Assembly (NCBI RefSeq): GCF_000011325.1
Contig: NC_003450.3
Location: 450,001-482,000 of the forward strand
Direction of reading: 5' to 3'
DNA: 32,000 nucleotides
DNA from: Corynebacterium glutamicum ATCC 13032
GTDB taxonomy: Bacteria; Actinomycetota; Actinomycetes; Mycobacteriales; Mycobacteriaceae
Position numbers and translations under genes: made by a program. The notes below the pieces were generated by a model. The model was not told the DNA's origin. It ran no database searches and saw only the letters and a list, made by a program, of their open reading frames with translations. This document shows, in pieces, positions 7,267-15,948 of this stretch (within the stretch, counting starts at the first letter, position 1; each line of letters starts with the position of its first letter).

Positions 7267-9903
7267 GTGAGCACACCGGATTCTTCCTCGGTGGACAAGG
7301 CCGTAAACACTGCTATCTCTGACGCCAAAACAGCGGCGCTCAAGGCAGGTGTTGGATTGAACCGAGCCACCGCCTCAGAAGAAGAGGAAGATTTAAGCTC
7401 AAGCATTAAGGTTTCTTTGGCCTTTGAGCTCGAGGGGTTAAGCAATGCACCATCGTTGATGGTGGTGGAAAAAGCCCTAGAGAAGATCCCCGGTGTATCC
7501 GCGGATCTGATTTACCCTTCACAAACTGCATGGATTACAGCAACTGATCGGGTACATCCCGAAACCCTCATTGAGGTGTTTGAGCAGTTCGGCATCAAAG
7601 CACACCTTTCTAATTCATCGCTGCTGCGCAGGCATCAACAGCTCAGCGCGGAAGTAAATAGGGAAGCACGCCTTGATCGTTACCGCTCCCGAATGGATGC
7701 CAAGCGAATCTCGCCTCGTGTGCGAAGGCATAACCGACAAGAAATGGTACATGCGGTACGCGCTCGTGAAAGTGGTTGGATTAAACGCAGGAATCACACC
7801 ACCTCGCAGCATGAAGACCCAATGTCGGGCGATGTGCTGTTCACCGCCCGCGCACTGATTACACCTAAGCGTTTGTGGGTGTCGTTGCCGTTTGCGCTCA
7901 TCGTATTGGCGTTATCGTTGAATCCTTCGTGGCAGTTTGATTATTGGCAGTGGTTGTCCGCTGTGTTGGCTATTCCTGTGGTGGTGTGGGGTGCCTGGCC
8001 GTTTCACCGCGCTGCAGCAGGCGGTATTCGTCGAGGAATTTCCGCTCTTGATGCGACCAGCTCAATCGCTATTGCTGCTGCATACGCGTGGTCTATCGCC
8101 ATGCTGTTGTTTGAAACCCCAGGAGGTAAATCCTGGCGGTCATATCCGTCCTGGTTCGCTTTTGACCACGGCACGTTGACCCAAAACGAGATTTATTTTG
8201 ATGTGGCCTGCGGAATCACCGTGTTGCTTCTTGCCGGACGGCTGCTGACAAGGCGTCGAAGCCAATCCAGTTTGTTAGCGGAACTTGGTCGCCTCCAAAT
8301 CGATCCACAGCGCATTGTCACTGTGGTGCGTAAACACCGATTGAAGCGCGTAGTCCAGGAACTGAACATTCCAGTGCAGGAAGTCCGTGTCAATGACGAT
8401 GTGAAAGTTCCACCTAATACCACGATCCCTGTGGATGGCACTGTCATCGGTGGCGGTTCGCGGATCGCAGCTAGCATCATCATGGGACAAGACCAGCGTG
8501 ATGTAAAAGTAAATGACAAAGTTTTCGCCGGCAGCCTCAACCTCGAATCCGAAATCAAGGTTCGTGTTATTCGCACTGGTCACCGCACCCGCATCGCCGC
8601 GGTACATAGGTGGGTTAAAGAAGCGACGTTGAAGGAAAACCGCCACAATAGGGCAGCGATCCGTTCGGCCGGTAACCTTGTGCCCATCACGTTCACCCTT
8701 GCTGTGGTGGACTTCTGTCTGTGGGCACTGATCTCTGGAAACATCAACGCTGCATTTACCACTACCTTGGCTGTCCTTGCGTGCGTGGCTCCGGTGGCCT
8801 TAGCGTTGTCTGCTCCACTTGCCACGAGGAATTCCATCGAAGCTGCAGCACGACACGGTATTTTGGTCCGCTCTGGTGAAATTTTCCGAGTTCTCGATGA
8901 TGTGGATACTGCCGTATTTAATCGTGTGGGCACACTAACCGATGGCGAAATGACAGTGGAAACCGTCACAGCAGACAAAGGCGAGGACCCAGAACTAGTG
9001 CTGCGTGTCGCCGGGGCGTTGGCCATGGAATCCCACCACGCGATTTCCAAAGCACTGGTGAAAGCATCCCGTGAAGCTCGTGATACCGGCGCCGGTGGTG
9101 AAGATGTCCCACACTGGATTGAAGTAGGCAACGTGGAAATCACCGAAGCCGGCTCATTCCAAGCAACCATCGAGCTGCCACTGATCAAACCATCTGGCGA
9201 AAAAATCATGCGCACCACAGAAGCACTCCTGTGGCGACCACGATCCATGACAGAAGTCCGTGAGCACTTAAGCCCCCGACTAGTGGCAGCAGCAACCTCA
9301 GGTGGCGCACCACTGATCGTGCGATGGAAAGGCAAAGACCGCGGAGTTATCACTCTAAGTGACCACGTGAGATCAGATTCCTCCGATGCGATTATTGCGA
9401 TTGAAGAACAAGGCATCGAGACCATGATGCTTTCACGTGATACTTACCCGGTGGCACGTCGATACGCAGACAGCTTAGGCATCACCCACGTCTTGGCCGG
9501 CATCGCGCCGGGCAAGAAAGCCCAGGTCGTCCGTGCAGTCCACACCCGCGGATCCACTGTCGCGATGATCGGCGATGAATCAGTAATGGACTGTTTGAAA
9601 GTCGCTGACGTGGGTGTACTGATGGGCGTCGATCGTCCCTCAGATCTGCGTGATGATTCCGATGACCCGGCAGCTGACGTTGTGGTCATGCGCGAAGAGG
9701 TCATGAGCGTGCCGACGCTGTTTAAACTGGCTCGACGCTACGCCAAGTTGGTCAATGGCAATATTGCTCTGGCCTGGATCTATAACGGTGTTGCCATGGT
9801 GCTTGCAGTGTCTGGCTTGCTGCATCCAATGGCTGCGACCGTGGCTATGCTGGCGTCTTCGCTGCTTATTGAATGGCGCTCGGGCAGGGCGCGCAAGTAC
9901 TAA
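7267..9903 (+). CDS. P1B-type (CopA-like) cation-transporting ATPase homologue with all catalytic signatures substituted; candidate pseudo-enzyme
   Basis: 878-aa ORF with a GTG start and gaagg 7 nt upstream. It is collinear with heavy-metal P-type ATPases: an HMA-like N-terminus, 8 TM segments, A-domain (IPVDGTVIGG...), P/N domains (AARHGILVRSGE...), and a C-terminal YN...MLASS. At the aligned positions it reads NRVGT rather than DKTGT, MGQD rather than TGES, CVAP rather than CPC, and GDESVMD rather than GDGxND. Confidence 0.85.
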   Translation: MSTPDSSSVDKAVNTAISDAKTAALKAGVGLNRATASEEEEDLSSSIKVSLAFELEGLSNAPSLMVVEKALEKIPGVSADLIYPSQTAWITATDRVHPETLIEVFEQFGIKAHLSNSSLLRRHQQLSAEVNREARLDRYRSRMDAKRISPRVRRHNRQEMVHAVRARESGWIKRRNHTTSQHEDPMSGDVLFTARALITPKRLWVSLPFALIVLALSLNPSWQFDYWQWLSAVLAIPVVVWGAWPFHRAAAGGIRRGISALDATSSIAIAAAYAWSIAMLLFETPGGKSWRSYPSWFAFDHGTLTQNEIYFDVACGITVLLLAGRLLTRRRSQSSLLAELGRLQIDPQRIVTVVRKHRLKRVVQELNIPVQEVRVNDDVKVPPNTTIPVDGTVIGGGSRIAASIIMGQDQRDVKVNDKVFAGSLNLESEIKVRVIRTGHRTRIAAVHRWVKEATLKENRHNRAAIRSAGNLVPITFTLAVVDFCLWALISGNINAAFTTTLAVLACVAPVALALSAPLATRNSIEAAARHGILVRSGEIFRVLDDVDTAVFNRVGTLTDGEMTVETVTADKGEDPELVLRVAGALAMESHHAISKALVKASREARDTGAGGEDVPHWIEVGNVEITEAGSFQATIELPLIKPSGEKIMRTTEALLWRPRSMTEVREHLSPRLVAAATSGGAPLIVRWKGKDRGVITLSDHVRSDSSDAIIAIEEQGIETMMLSRDTYPVARRYADSLGITHVLAGIAPGKKAQVVRAVHTRGSTVAMIGDESVMDCLKVADVGVLMGVDRPSDLRDDSDDPAADVVVMREEVMSVPTLFKLARRYAKLVNGNIALAWIYNGVAMVLAVSGLLHPMAATVAMLASSLLIEWRSGRARKY

Positions 9904-10019
9904 CCAGCAATTCCCAAGCCCAAAAACCCCTCCCATATAGTTCTTTTTACTGATGCATTGTCCTCAATTAGGTGTGGCTTCTTTTCCTAAATTGGGATAA
10001 ATGGGGCAAGATTGAGCGC

Positions 10020-11096
10020 ATGTCTGCTCTTACTATTCCAGCTGCGCGTCGCACGCTAAATAACGCGCCCATTATTGATGCCGCTAATGGCAAGACCCCG
10101 ACTCGCACTCCGGTGTGGTTTATGCGCCAGGCGGGTAGGTCGTTGCCTGAGTACAAGAAGGTCCGTGAGGGAATCAGCATGTTGGATTCCTGTTTCATGC
10201 CGGAGTTGTTGGCGGAGATTACTTTGCAGCCGGTTCGTCGTCATGATGTGGATGCTGCGATTTTGTTCTCTGACATTGTGGTGCCGTTGCGTGCTGCGGG
10301 TGTTGGTGTGGAAATCGTGGCGGGTCGTGGACCTGTGTTGGATGCGCCGGTGCGGAGCCGTGGGGATGTGTTGAATCTTCCTATTTTGGAGGGCAACGTT
10401 CCGGAGGTGGAGCAGGGTATTGGCATCATTTTGGATGAGTTGTCTGATTCTCAGGCGTTGATTGGTTTTGCTGGTGCGCCGTTTACGTTGGCGAGTTACT
10501 TGGTTGAGGGTGGTCCTTCCAAGAATCATGAGAAGACCAAAGCAATGATGCATGGTGATCCTGAGACGTGGCATGCGTTGATGGCTCGTTTGGTGCCGAC
10601 GATTGTGAATTCTTTGAAGTCGCAGATCGATGCGGGTATCGATGCGGTGCAGTTGTTTGATTCGTGGGCTGGGTTCCTCACTGAGCGTGATTACACCGAG
10701 TTCGTGTTGCCGTATTCCACTGAGATTTTGGAGGAAGTGGGCAAGTACCAGCTGCCTCGTATTCACTTTGGTGTGGGTACTGGTGAGTTGCTTGGTGCGA
10801 TGAGCAAGGCTGGCTCAGAGGTCATGGGTGTGGATTGGCGGGTGCCGTTGGATAAGGCTGCGGAGCGTATTGCTGCGGTATCAGGTCCTAAGGTGTTGCA
10901 GGGTAACCTCGATCCTGCGTTGTTGTTTGCGGGTCGCGCACCTTTGACTAAGGAAATTGAGCGCATCAAGGCAGAGGCTCAGACTGCTGTTGATGCAGGT
11001 CATGCAACGGGCCATATCTTTAACCTTGGTCATGGTGTGCTTCCTAATACGGTGGCGGAAGATATTACTGAAGCCGTCTCCATCATTCATTCTTAA
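10020..11096 (+). CDS. hemE: Uroporphyrinogen decarboxylase
   Basis: In frame with track ORF 9972..11096. The ATG at 10020 gives MSALTIPAARRTLNNAPIIDAANGKTPTRTPVWFMRQAGRSLPEY, the classic HemE N-terminal PVWxMRQAGR motif at the usual distance from the start. Confidence 0.9.
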   Translation: MSALTIPAARRTLNNAPIIDAANGKTPTRTPVWFMRQAGRSLPEYKKVREGISMLDSCFMPELLAEITLQPVRRHDVDAAILFSDIVVPLRAAGVGVEIVAGRGPVLDAPVRSRGDVLNLPILEGNVPEVEQGIGIILDELSDSQALIGFAGAPFTLASYLVEGGPSKNHEKTKAMMHGDPETWHALMARLVPTIVNSLKSQIDAGIDAVQLFDSWAGFLTERDYTEFVLPYSTEILEEVGKYQLPRIHFGVGTGELLGAMSKAGSEVMGVDWRVPLDKAAERIAAVSGPKVLQGNLDPALLFAGRAPLTKEIERIKAEAQTAVDAGHATGHIFNLGHGVLPNTVAEDITEAVSIIHS

Positions 11097-11111
11097 ACTA
11101 AGAGGAGTTTC

Positions 11112-12458
11112 ATGCGTTTTGCCATCATCGGTGCAGGCCTTGCGGGTCTGACTGCTGCATATGAGATCCATAAAGCTGATCCCACTGCCCAAATCGATGT
11201 GTTGGAAGCAGGCGAACGCATTGGCGGCAAGCTTTTTACGGTGCCGTTTGCTTCCGGACCTACCGATATTGGAGCGGAGGCGTTTTTAGCTGCGCGTTCC
11301 GATGCGGTGGAGTTTTTTACTGAGCTTGGGTTGGCTGATTCTTTGGTCAGCCCGTCTGCTGCGAAGTCTCAGTATTTCGCGGGCGGTGCGCTGCATGCGT
11401 TCCCCGCAGGTGGAGTGATGGGTATTCCAAGCAATCCACCAGCAGGCGCGCAAGACACCGCTTTTGATTGGACTCCTGGCCAAGACATTTCTGTTGGCGC
11501 CTTAGTGCGCCGTCAGTATGGCGATGAGATCGTCGATACTGTGGTGTCTTCGCTGCTTGGTGGCGTTTATTCCTCCACCGCTGATGATCTGGGTGTGCGC
11601 GCTTCCGTGCCGGCACTTGCTGCAGCCCTTGATCAGCTGGCTGAGGCCGGCGAGCCGGTGACTCTGTCAGCTGCGGTCAAGGCCGTGGAAGCTCAGCGGG
11701 AAGCCGCAAAAACAACTTCAGAAACCCGCCCCGTTTTCCAGACCTTCAAGGGCGGATACGCGGAGCTGTACGAAGCGTTGGCAGAGCAATGCGGTGCAGA
11801 TATTCACTTGGATAGTTTCGTTTCCGCCATCACCAAAGATGGTGAAGGTTTTGCCATCAAGGGCGGTGGCGAAGGCACCTACGACAAGGTGATTTTGGCG
11901 GTTCCCGCTCCAACCGCCGCTGTGCTGCTCCGCGACTTGGCACCGGCCGCAGCGCCACATTTGCGCGCAATTAAGTTGGCTTCTTCAGCAGTCGTCGGCA
12001 TGCGTTTCGATTCCAGCGAGGGCCTGCCCGACAACTCCGGCGTCCTGGTCGCTGTTAATGAGCCGGGCATCACGGCGAAGGCCTTCACGTTCTCCTCAAA
12101 GAAGTGGCCTCACCTGGAGGCTCGCGGGGGCGCGCTCGTGCGCGCGTCGTTCGGCAGGCTAGGCGATGAGGCGTCGGCACGCATGGACGAGGATTTGCTT
12201 GTCGACGCCGCCCTCGACGATCTCCTCACCATAACCGGGTTCGACGGCCGGGCTGCCGGACTGGGTGAAATTTTCGTGCAGCGCTGGTTCGGTGGGCTCC
12301 CAGCCTATGGAGTTGATCACATTGCTACCGTTTCGGCTGCGCGTGCAGAGATCGCAGCCGTGCCTGGCGTGGAAGCAATTGGCGCGTGGGCTGGGGGAGT
12401 GGGAGTTCCCGCAGTTATCGCAGATGCCCAGGCAGCAGTACACAGGTTGCTGGGATAA
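11112..12458 (+). CDS. hemY: FAD-dependent protoporphyrinogen/coproporphyrinogen III oxidase, HemY (CgoX) type
   Basis: 448-aa ORF with the RBS agaggag 5 nt upstream. It has an N-terminal dinucleotide fold (MRFAIIGAGLAGLTAAYE...LEAGERIGGK) and sits directly after hemE. Confidence 0.85.
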   Translation: MRFAIIGAGLAGLTAAYEIHKADPTAQIDVLEAGERIGGKLFTVPFASGPTDIGAEAFLAARSDAVEFFTELGLADSLVSPSAAKSQYFAGGALHAFPAGGVMGIPSNPPAGAQDTAFDWTPGQDISVGALVRRQYGDEIVDTVVSSLLGGVYSSTADDLGVRASVPALAAALDQLAEAGEPVTLSAAVKAVEAQREAAKTTSETRPVFQTFKGGYAELYEALAEQCGADIHLDSFVSAITKDGEGFAIKGGGEGTYDKVILAVPAPTAAVLLRDLAPAAAPHLRAIKLASSAVVGMRFDSSEGLPDNSGVLVAVNEPGITAKAFTFSSKKWPHLEARGGALVRASFGRLGDEASARMDEDLLVDAALDDLLTITGFDGRAAGLGEIFVQRWFGGLPAYGVDHIATVSAARAEIAAVPGVEAIGAWAGGVGVPAVIADAQAAVHRLLG

Positions 12459-12556
12459 GCACCCAAAAACACTATTGACCACCCCAATCGCTGTTGAGAG
12501 TTTGTAAAGTTCGACTGTCAACGAGCTGGATTGGCTTCACAGATTGAATTAATACA

Positions 12557-13870
12557 ATGACGCACATGACATCGTCCAATACGGCTCGATCCGCAGAGTG
12601 GTTTGAAAAGGCTCAGAAGCTCACCCCTGGTGGTGTGAATTCTCCTGTTCGCGCTTTCGGTTCAGTTGGCGGACAAGCCCGTTTCATCGAAAAAGCTCAC
12701 GGTTCAACGCTGATCGATGTGGACGGAAATGAATACGTTGACCTGGTCTGTTCTTGGGGCCCCATGCTGATGGGTCACGCTCACCCAGCAGTGGTCGAGG
12801 CTGTGCAGAAGGCCGTCGTGGATGGTCTTTCTTTCGGCGCTCCCACCATCGGTGAGGTTGAGTTGGCCCAAGATATCGTCAAGCGCACTTCTGTGGAGGA
12901 AGTCCGCCTGGTCAACTCCGGCACTGAGGCCACCATGTCGGCGGTTCGTCTGGCGCGCGGTTACACTCAGCGTTCCAAGATTTTGAAGTTTGAGGGCTGC
13001 TACCACGGCCACGTCGATGCGCTGCTCGCATCTGCTGGTTCTGGTGTCGCAACTTTCGCTCTGCCTGATTCCCCAGGCATCACCGGCGCTCAGACTTCTG
13101 ACACTATTGTTGTTCCTTACAACGACATTGAAGCCGTGCGCAACGCTTTTGCGGAGTACCCAGGCGAGATCGCCTGCATCATCGCAGAGGCAGCCGGTGG
13201 CAACATGGGCACCGTCGCTCCAAAGGACAACTTTAACGACAAGCTTCTCGCGATCGCTCACGCTGACGGCGCGCTGCTGATCCTCGATGAAGTCATGACC
13301 GGCTTCCGCACCTCTTACCGTGGCTGGTTCGGCGTAGACAAGGTTGCCGCTGACCTGGTCACCTTCGGCAAGGTCGTCTCCGGCGGCCTACCTGCCGCAG
13401 CGTTTGGCGGCAAGGCTGAAATCATGAACATGCTGGCCCCACAGGGCCCCGTCTACCAAGCAGGCACACTGTCCGGCAACCCGGTTGCGGTCGCAGCTGG
13501 TCGGGCATCGCTTAAGCTTGCCGACGAATCCCTCTACACAACCATCAACGCCAACGCAGATCGTCTCCACGGTTTGATCTCTGATGCCTTAACCCACGAA
13601 GGCGTAGCCCACCACATTCAGCGTGCCTCAAACATGCTGTCTATCCGTTTTGCAGAAGGTGAGGGCCACAACTTCTCTGATATGAAGGCAGCCGACATCT
13701 TCCGCTTCGCACCGTTCTTCCACACTTTGCTGGACAACGGCGTCTACGCACCACCAAGCGTTTTCGAAACCTGGTTTGTGTCTTCCGCTCTCACGGACGA
13801 TGATTTCTCCAAGATCGAGCAGGCACTCAAGCCCGCCGCACGTGCAGCAGCAGAAGCGAAGGCATCATGA
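12557..13870 (+). CDS. hemL: Glutamate-1-semialdehyde 2,1-aminomutase
   Basis: 437-aa ORF with class-III aminotransferase features ([31 protein letters not shown] with the PLP lysine). An alternative ATG lies at 12566. Confidence 0.95.
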   Translation: MTHMTSSNTARSAEWFEKAQKLTPGGVNSPVRAFGSVGGQARFIEKAHGSTLIDVDGNEYVDLVCSWGPMLMGHAHPAVVEAVQKAVVDGLSFGAPTIGEVELAQDIVKRTSVEEVRLVNSGTEATMSAVRLARGYTQRSKILKFEGCYHGHVDALLASAGSGVATFALPDSPGITGAQTSDTIVVPYNDIEAVRNAFAEYPGEIACIIAEAAGGNMGTVAPKDNFNDKLLAIAHADGALLILDEVMTGFRTSYRGWFGVDKVAADLVTFGKVVSGGLPAAAFGGKAEIMNMLAPQGPVYQAGTLSGNPVAVAAGRASLKLADESLYTTINANADRLHGLISDALTHEGVAHHIQRASNMLSIRFAEGEGHNFSDMKAADIFRFAPFFHTLLDNGVYAPPSVFETWFVSSALTDDDFSKIEQALKPAARAAAEAKAS

Positions 13871-14475
13871 CGCAAACCATTGTCCATCTAGTTCGCCACG
13901 GCGAAGTCCACAACCCAGAGAAAATCCTGTACGGACGCATGCCCGGATACAGGTTGTCTTCCCGTGGACGCAGCCAAGCCGCCCGCACTGCAGCTTCTTT
14001 TGAAGGCCACGATGTCACCTACATTGCGGCCTCCCCATTGCAGCGTGTGCAGGAAACCTCCGAACCGTTCATCAAGGTCACAGGCCTAGAACTGATCACC
14101 GACGAGGATCTTCTGGAAGCAGGCAACCGTTTCGAAGGCCTGCGCACCAAAGGTTGGCGTTCCCAGTTGTGGAACCCCGTGCGTTGGCCTTTGATGTACA
14201 ACCCCACGCTTCCCAGCTGGGGCGAACACTACACCGACATTTTGGAAAGAATGATGGCGGCTGTGGAACGAGCTCGGGTGGCAGCGGAAGGACACGAAGC
14301 AATCCTGGTGACCCACCAGTTGCCGATCGTGTGCGTGCAACGCCACGCCCGCGGACAAAGCCTGTCCCATAACCCAGCGACCAGGCAATGCGACCTCGCC
14401 TCAGTGACATCCTTGGTGTTCCAAGACGATCAAATTGTCGGCGTGCATTACAACGAACCAGCTCAGGAGATTTGA
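13867..14475 (+). CDS. Histidine phosphatase family protein (phosphoglycerate-mutase-like)
   Basis: 202-aa ORF whose ATG overlaps the hemL stop (ATGA at 13867..13870). It has the RHG catalytic motif (LVRHGEVHN) and a second His context (ILVTHQLPI). Confidence 0.85.
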   Translation: MTQTIVHLVRHGEVHNPEKILYGRMPGYRLSSRGRSQAARTAASFEGHDVTYIAASPLQRVQETSEPFIKVTGLELITDEDLLEAGNRFEGLRTKGWRSQLWNPVRWPLMYNPTLPSWGEHYTDILERMMAAVERARVAAEGHEAILVTHQLPIVCVQRHARGQSLSHNPATRQCDLASVTSLVFQDDQIVGVHYNEPAQEI

Positions 14476-14481
14476 TCACTC

Positions 14482-15105
14482 GTGCGTTTGACCAAACTAG
14501 CAGCAACAATCGGCTGCGTGACACTCAGCGGACTTGCGCTAGTAGCCTGCAGCAGTGACAGTACCGCTGGTACTGACGCTGTTGCTGTCGGCGGAACCTT
14601 CCAATTCCACTCCCCGGATGGAAAGATGGAAATTTTCTACGACGAGGCTGACCGTCAACAACTCCCCGACATTGGTGGAGATTCCCTCATGGAAGAGGGC
14701 ACACAGATCAACCTGTCTGATTTCGAAAACCAAGTTGTCATCCTCAATGCGTGGGGGCAGTGGTGTGCACCGTGCCGCTCCGAATCCGATGATCTCCAGA
14801 TTATCCATGAGGAACTCCAAGCTGCCGGAAACGGCGACACCCCTGGTGGCACCGTGTTGGGTATCAATGTGCGTGATTACTCCCGCGACATCGCCCAAGA
14901 CTTTGTCACCGACAACGGCCTTGATTACCCAAGCATTTACGATCCACCATTTATGACAGCAGCATCCCTCGGTGGTGTTCCCGCATCGGTGATCCCAACC
15001 ACCATCGTGCTGGATAAACAGCACCGCCCCGCAGCAGTGTTCTTGCGCGAAGTCACCTCCAAAGATGTGTTGGATGTTGCGTTGCCATTGGTAGATGAGG
15101 CCTAA
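14482..15105 (+). CDS. Thiol:disulfide oxidoreductase lipoprotein, TlpA/ResA/CcsX family (cytochrome c maturation)
   Basis: 207-aa ORF with a GTG start 6 nt after the preceding stop. It has a signal peptide plus lipobox (LSGLALVACSS) and the thioredoxin active site WCAPC (14761..14775). Confidence 0.85.
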   Translation: MRLTKLAATIGCVTLSGLALVACSSDSTAGTDAVAVGGTFQFHSPDGKMEIFYDEADRQQLPDIGGDSLMEEGTQINLSDFENQVVILNAWGQWCAPCRSESDDLQIIHEELQAAGNGDTPGGTVLGINVRDYSRDIAQDFVTDNGLDYPSIYDPPFMTAASLGGVPASVIPTTIVLDKQHRPAAVFLREVTSKDVLDVALPLVDEA

Positions 15106-15912
15106 ATGTCTGAGATTGTGGTAGCCCAAAGCATCGGCCAGCAGTTTGCTGACGTCGCAGCTTCCGGGCCACTGTTCCTTGGCATCCTTGCCGCAGCGCT
15201 CGCAGGTCTGGTGTCTTTTGCCAGCCCGTGTGTTGTGCCGTTGGTGCCAGGATATATTTCCTACCTCGCCGGCGTGGTCGGTGGGGAAGTGGAATACAGC
15301 GCGCAGGGCACCAAGGTGAAAACCAAGCGTTTCGCCGTGGGTGGCGCAGCCATGCTGTTCATCCTGGGATTCACCGTGGTGTTCGTGCTGGCTACGGTCA
15401 GTGTGTTTGGTGCCATCAGCGTGCTCACCCTAAACGCCGACACCCTCATGCGTATCGGCGGCGTGGTGACCATCATCATGGGTATCGTGTTCATGGGCTT
15501 CATTCCAGGCCTGCAGCGCGATACCCGCATGGCACCAAAGCGTTGGACCACCTGGTTGGGTGCGCCCCTTCTTGGCGGAGTGTTCGCTCTCGGTTGGACC
15601 CCTTGTTTGGGCCCCACCCTGGCTGCGATCATCTCCATTTCTGCAGGTACTGAAGGCATGACCGCTGCGCGTGGCGTGATCTTAATTGTGGGTTACTGCC
15701 TCGGACTGGGGCTGCCGTTCCTGCTGATCGCGTTGGGCTCCAGCAAGGCACTCACCGGAGTCGAGTGGTTGCGCAAGCATTCCCGCACCCTGCAAATTAT
15801 CGGCGGTGTGTTTTTGATCTTGGTCGGAGTAGCGTTGCTCTCTGGCTCATGGGCAATTTTTATCAACTGGGTCCGTCAGTGGACCGTTGAATACGGCGCA
15901 ACACTGCTCTAG
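15106..15912 (+). CDS. ccdA: Cytochrome c biogenesis thiol-reductant transporter CcdA (DsbD family)
   Basis: 268-aa ORF whose ATG follows the upstream TAA directly. It is a polytopic membrane protein with the two conserved Cys contexts (FASPCVVPLVPGY and GWTPCLGPTL). Confidence 0.9.
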   Translation: MSEIVVAQSIGQQFADVAASGPLFLGILAAALAGLVSFASPCVVPLVPGYISYLAGVVGGEVEYSAQGTKVKTKRFAVGGAAMLFILGFTVVFVLATVSVFGAISVLTLNADTLMRIGGVVTIIMGIVFMGFIPGLQRDTRMAPKRWTTWLGAPLLGGVFALGWTPCLGPTLAAIISISAGTEGMTAARGVILIVGYCLGLGLPFLLIALGSSKALTGVEWLRKHSRTLQIIGGVFLILVGVALLSGSWAIFINWVRQWTVEYGATLL

Positions 15913-15948
15913 AAAAAGACTTTTAGTAGGAAGAGAATCGGCACGACA

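Noticed and set aside
8580-9425. 281-aa minus-strand ORF inside the ATPase-like gene
   Set aside because: It is antisense to an ORF with end-to-end P-type ATPase architecture. Its sequence is Ser/Thr/Ala/Arg-rich with no motif.
10056-10766. 236-aa minus-strand ORF rich in His/Arg/Gln/Thr
   Set aside because: It is antisense to hemE, whose identity is unambiguous (PVWFMRQAGR and other blocks). The composition is low-complexity and typical of a frame-shadow ORF.
14539-15129. 196-aa minus-strand ORF
   Set aside because: It is antisense to the thioredoxin-like lipoprotein gene, which carries a lipobox and a WCAPC active site. The antisense ORF has no supporting motif.
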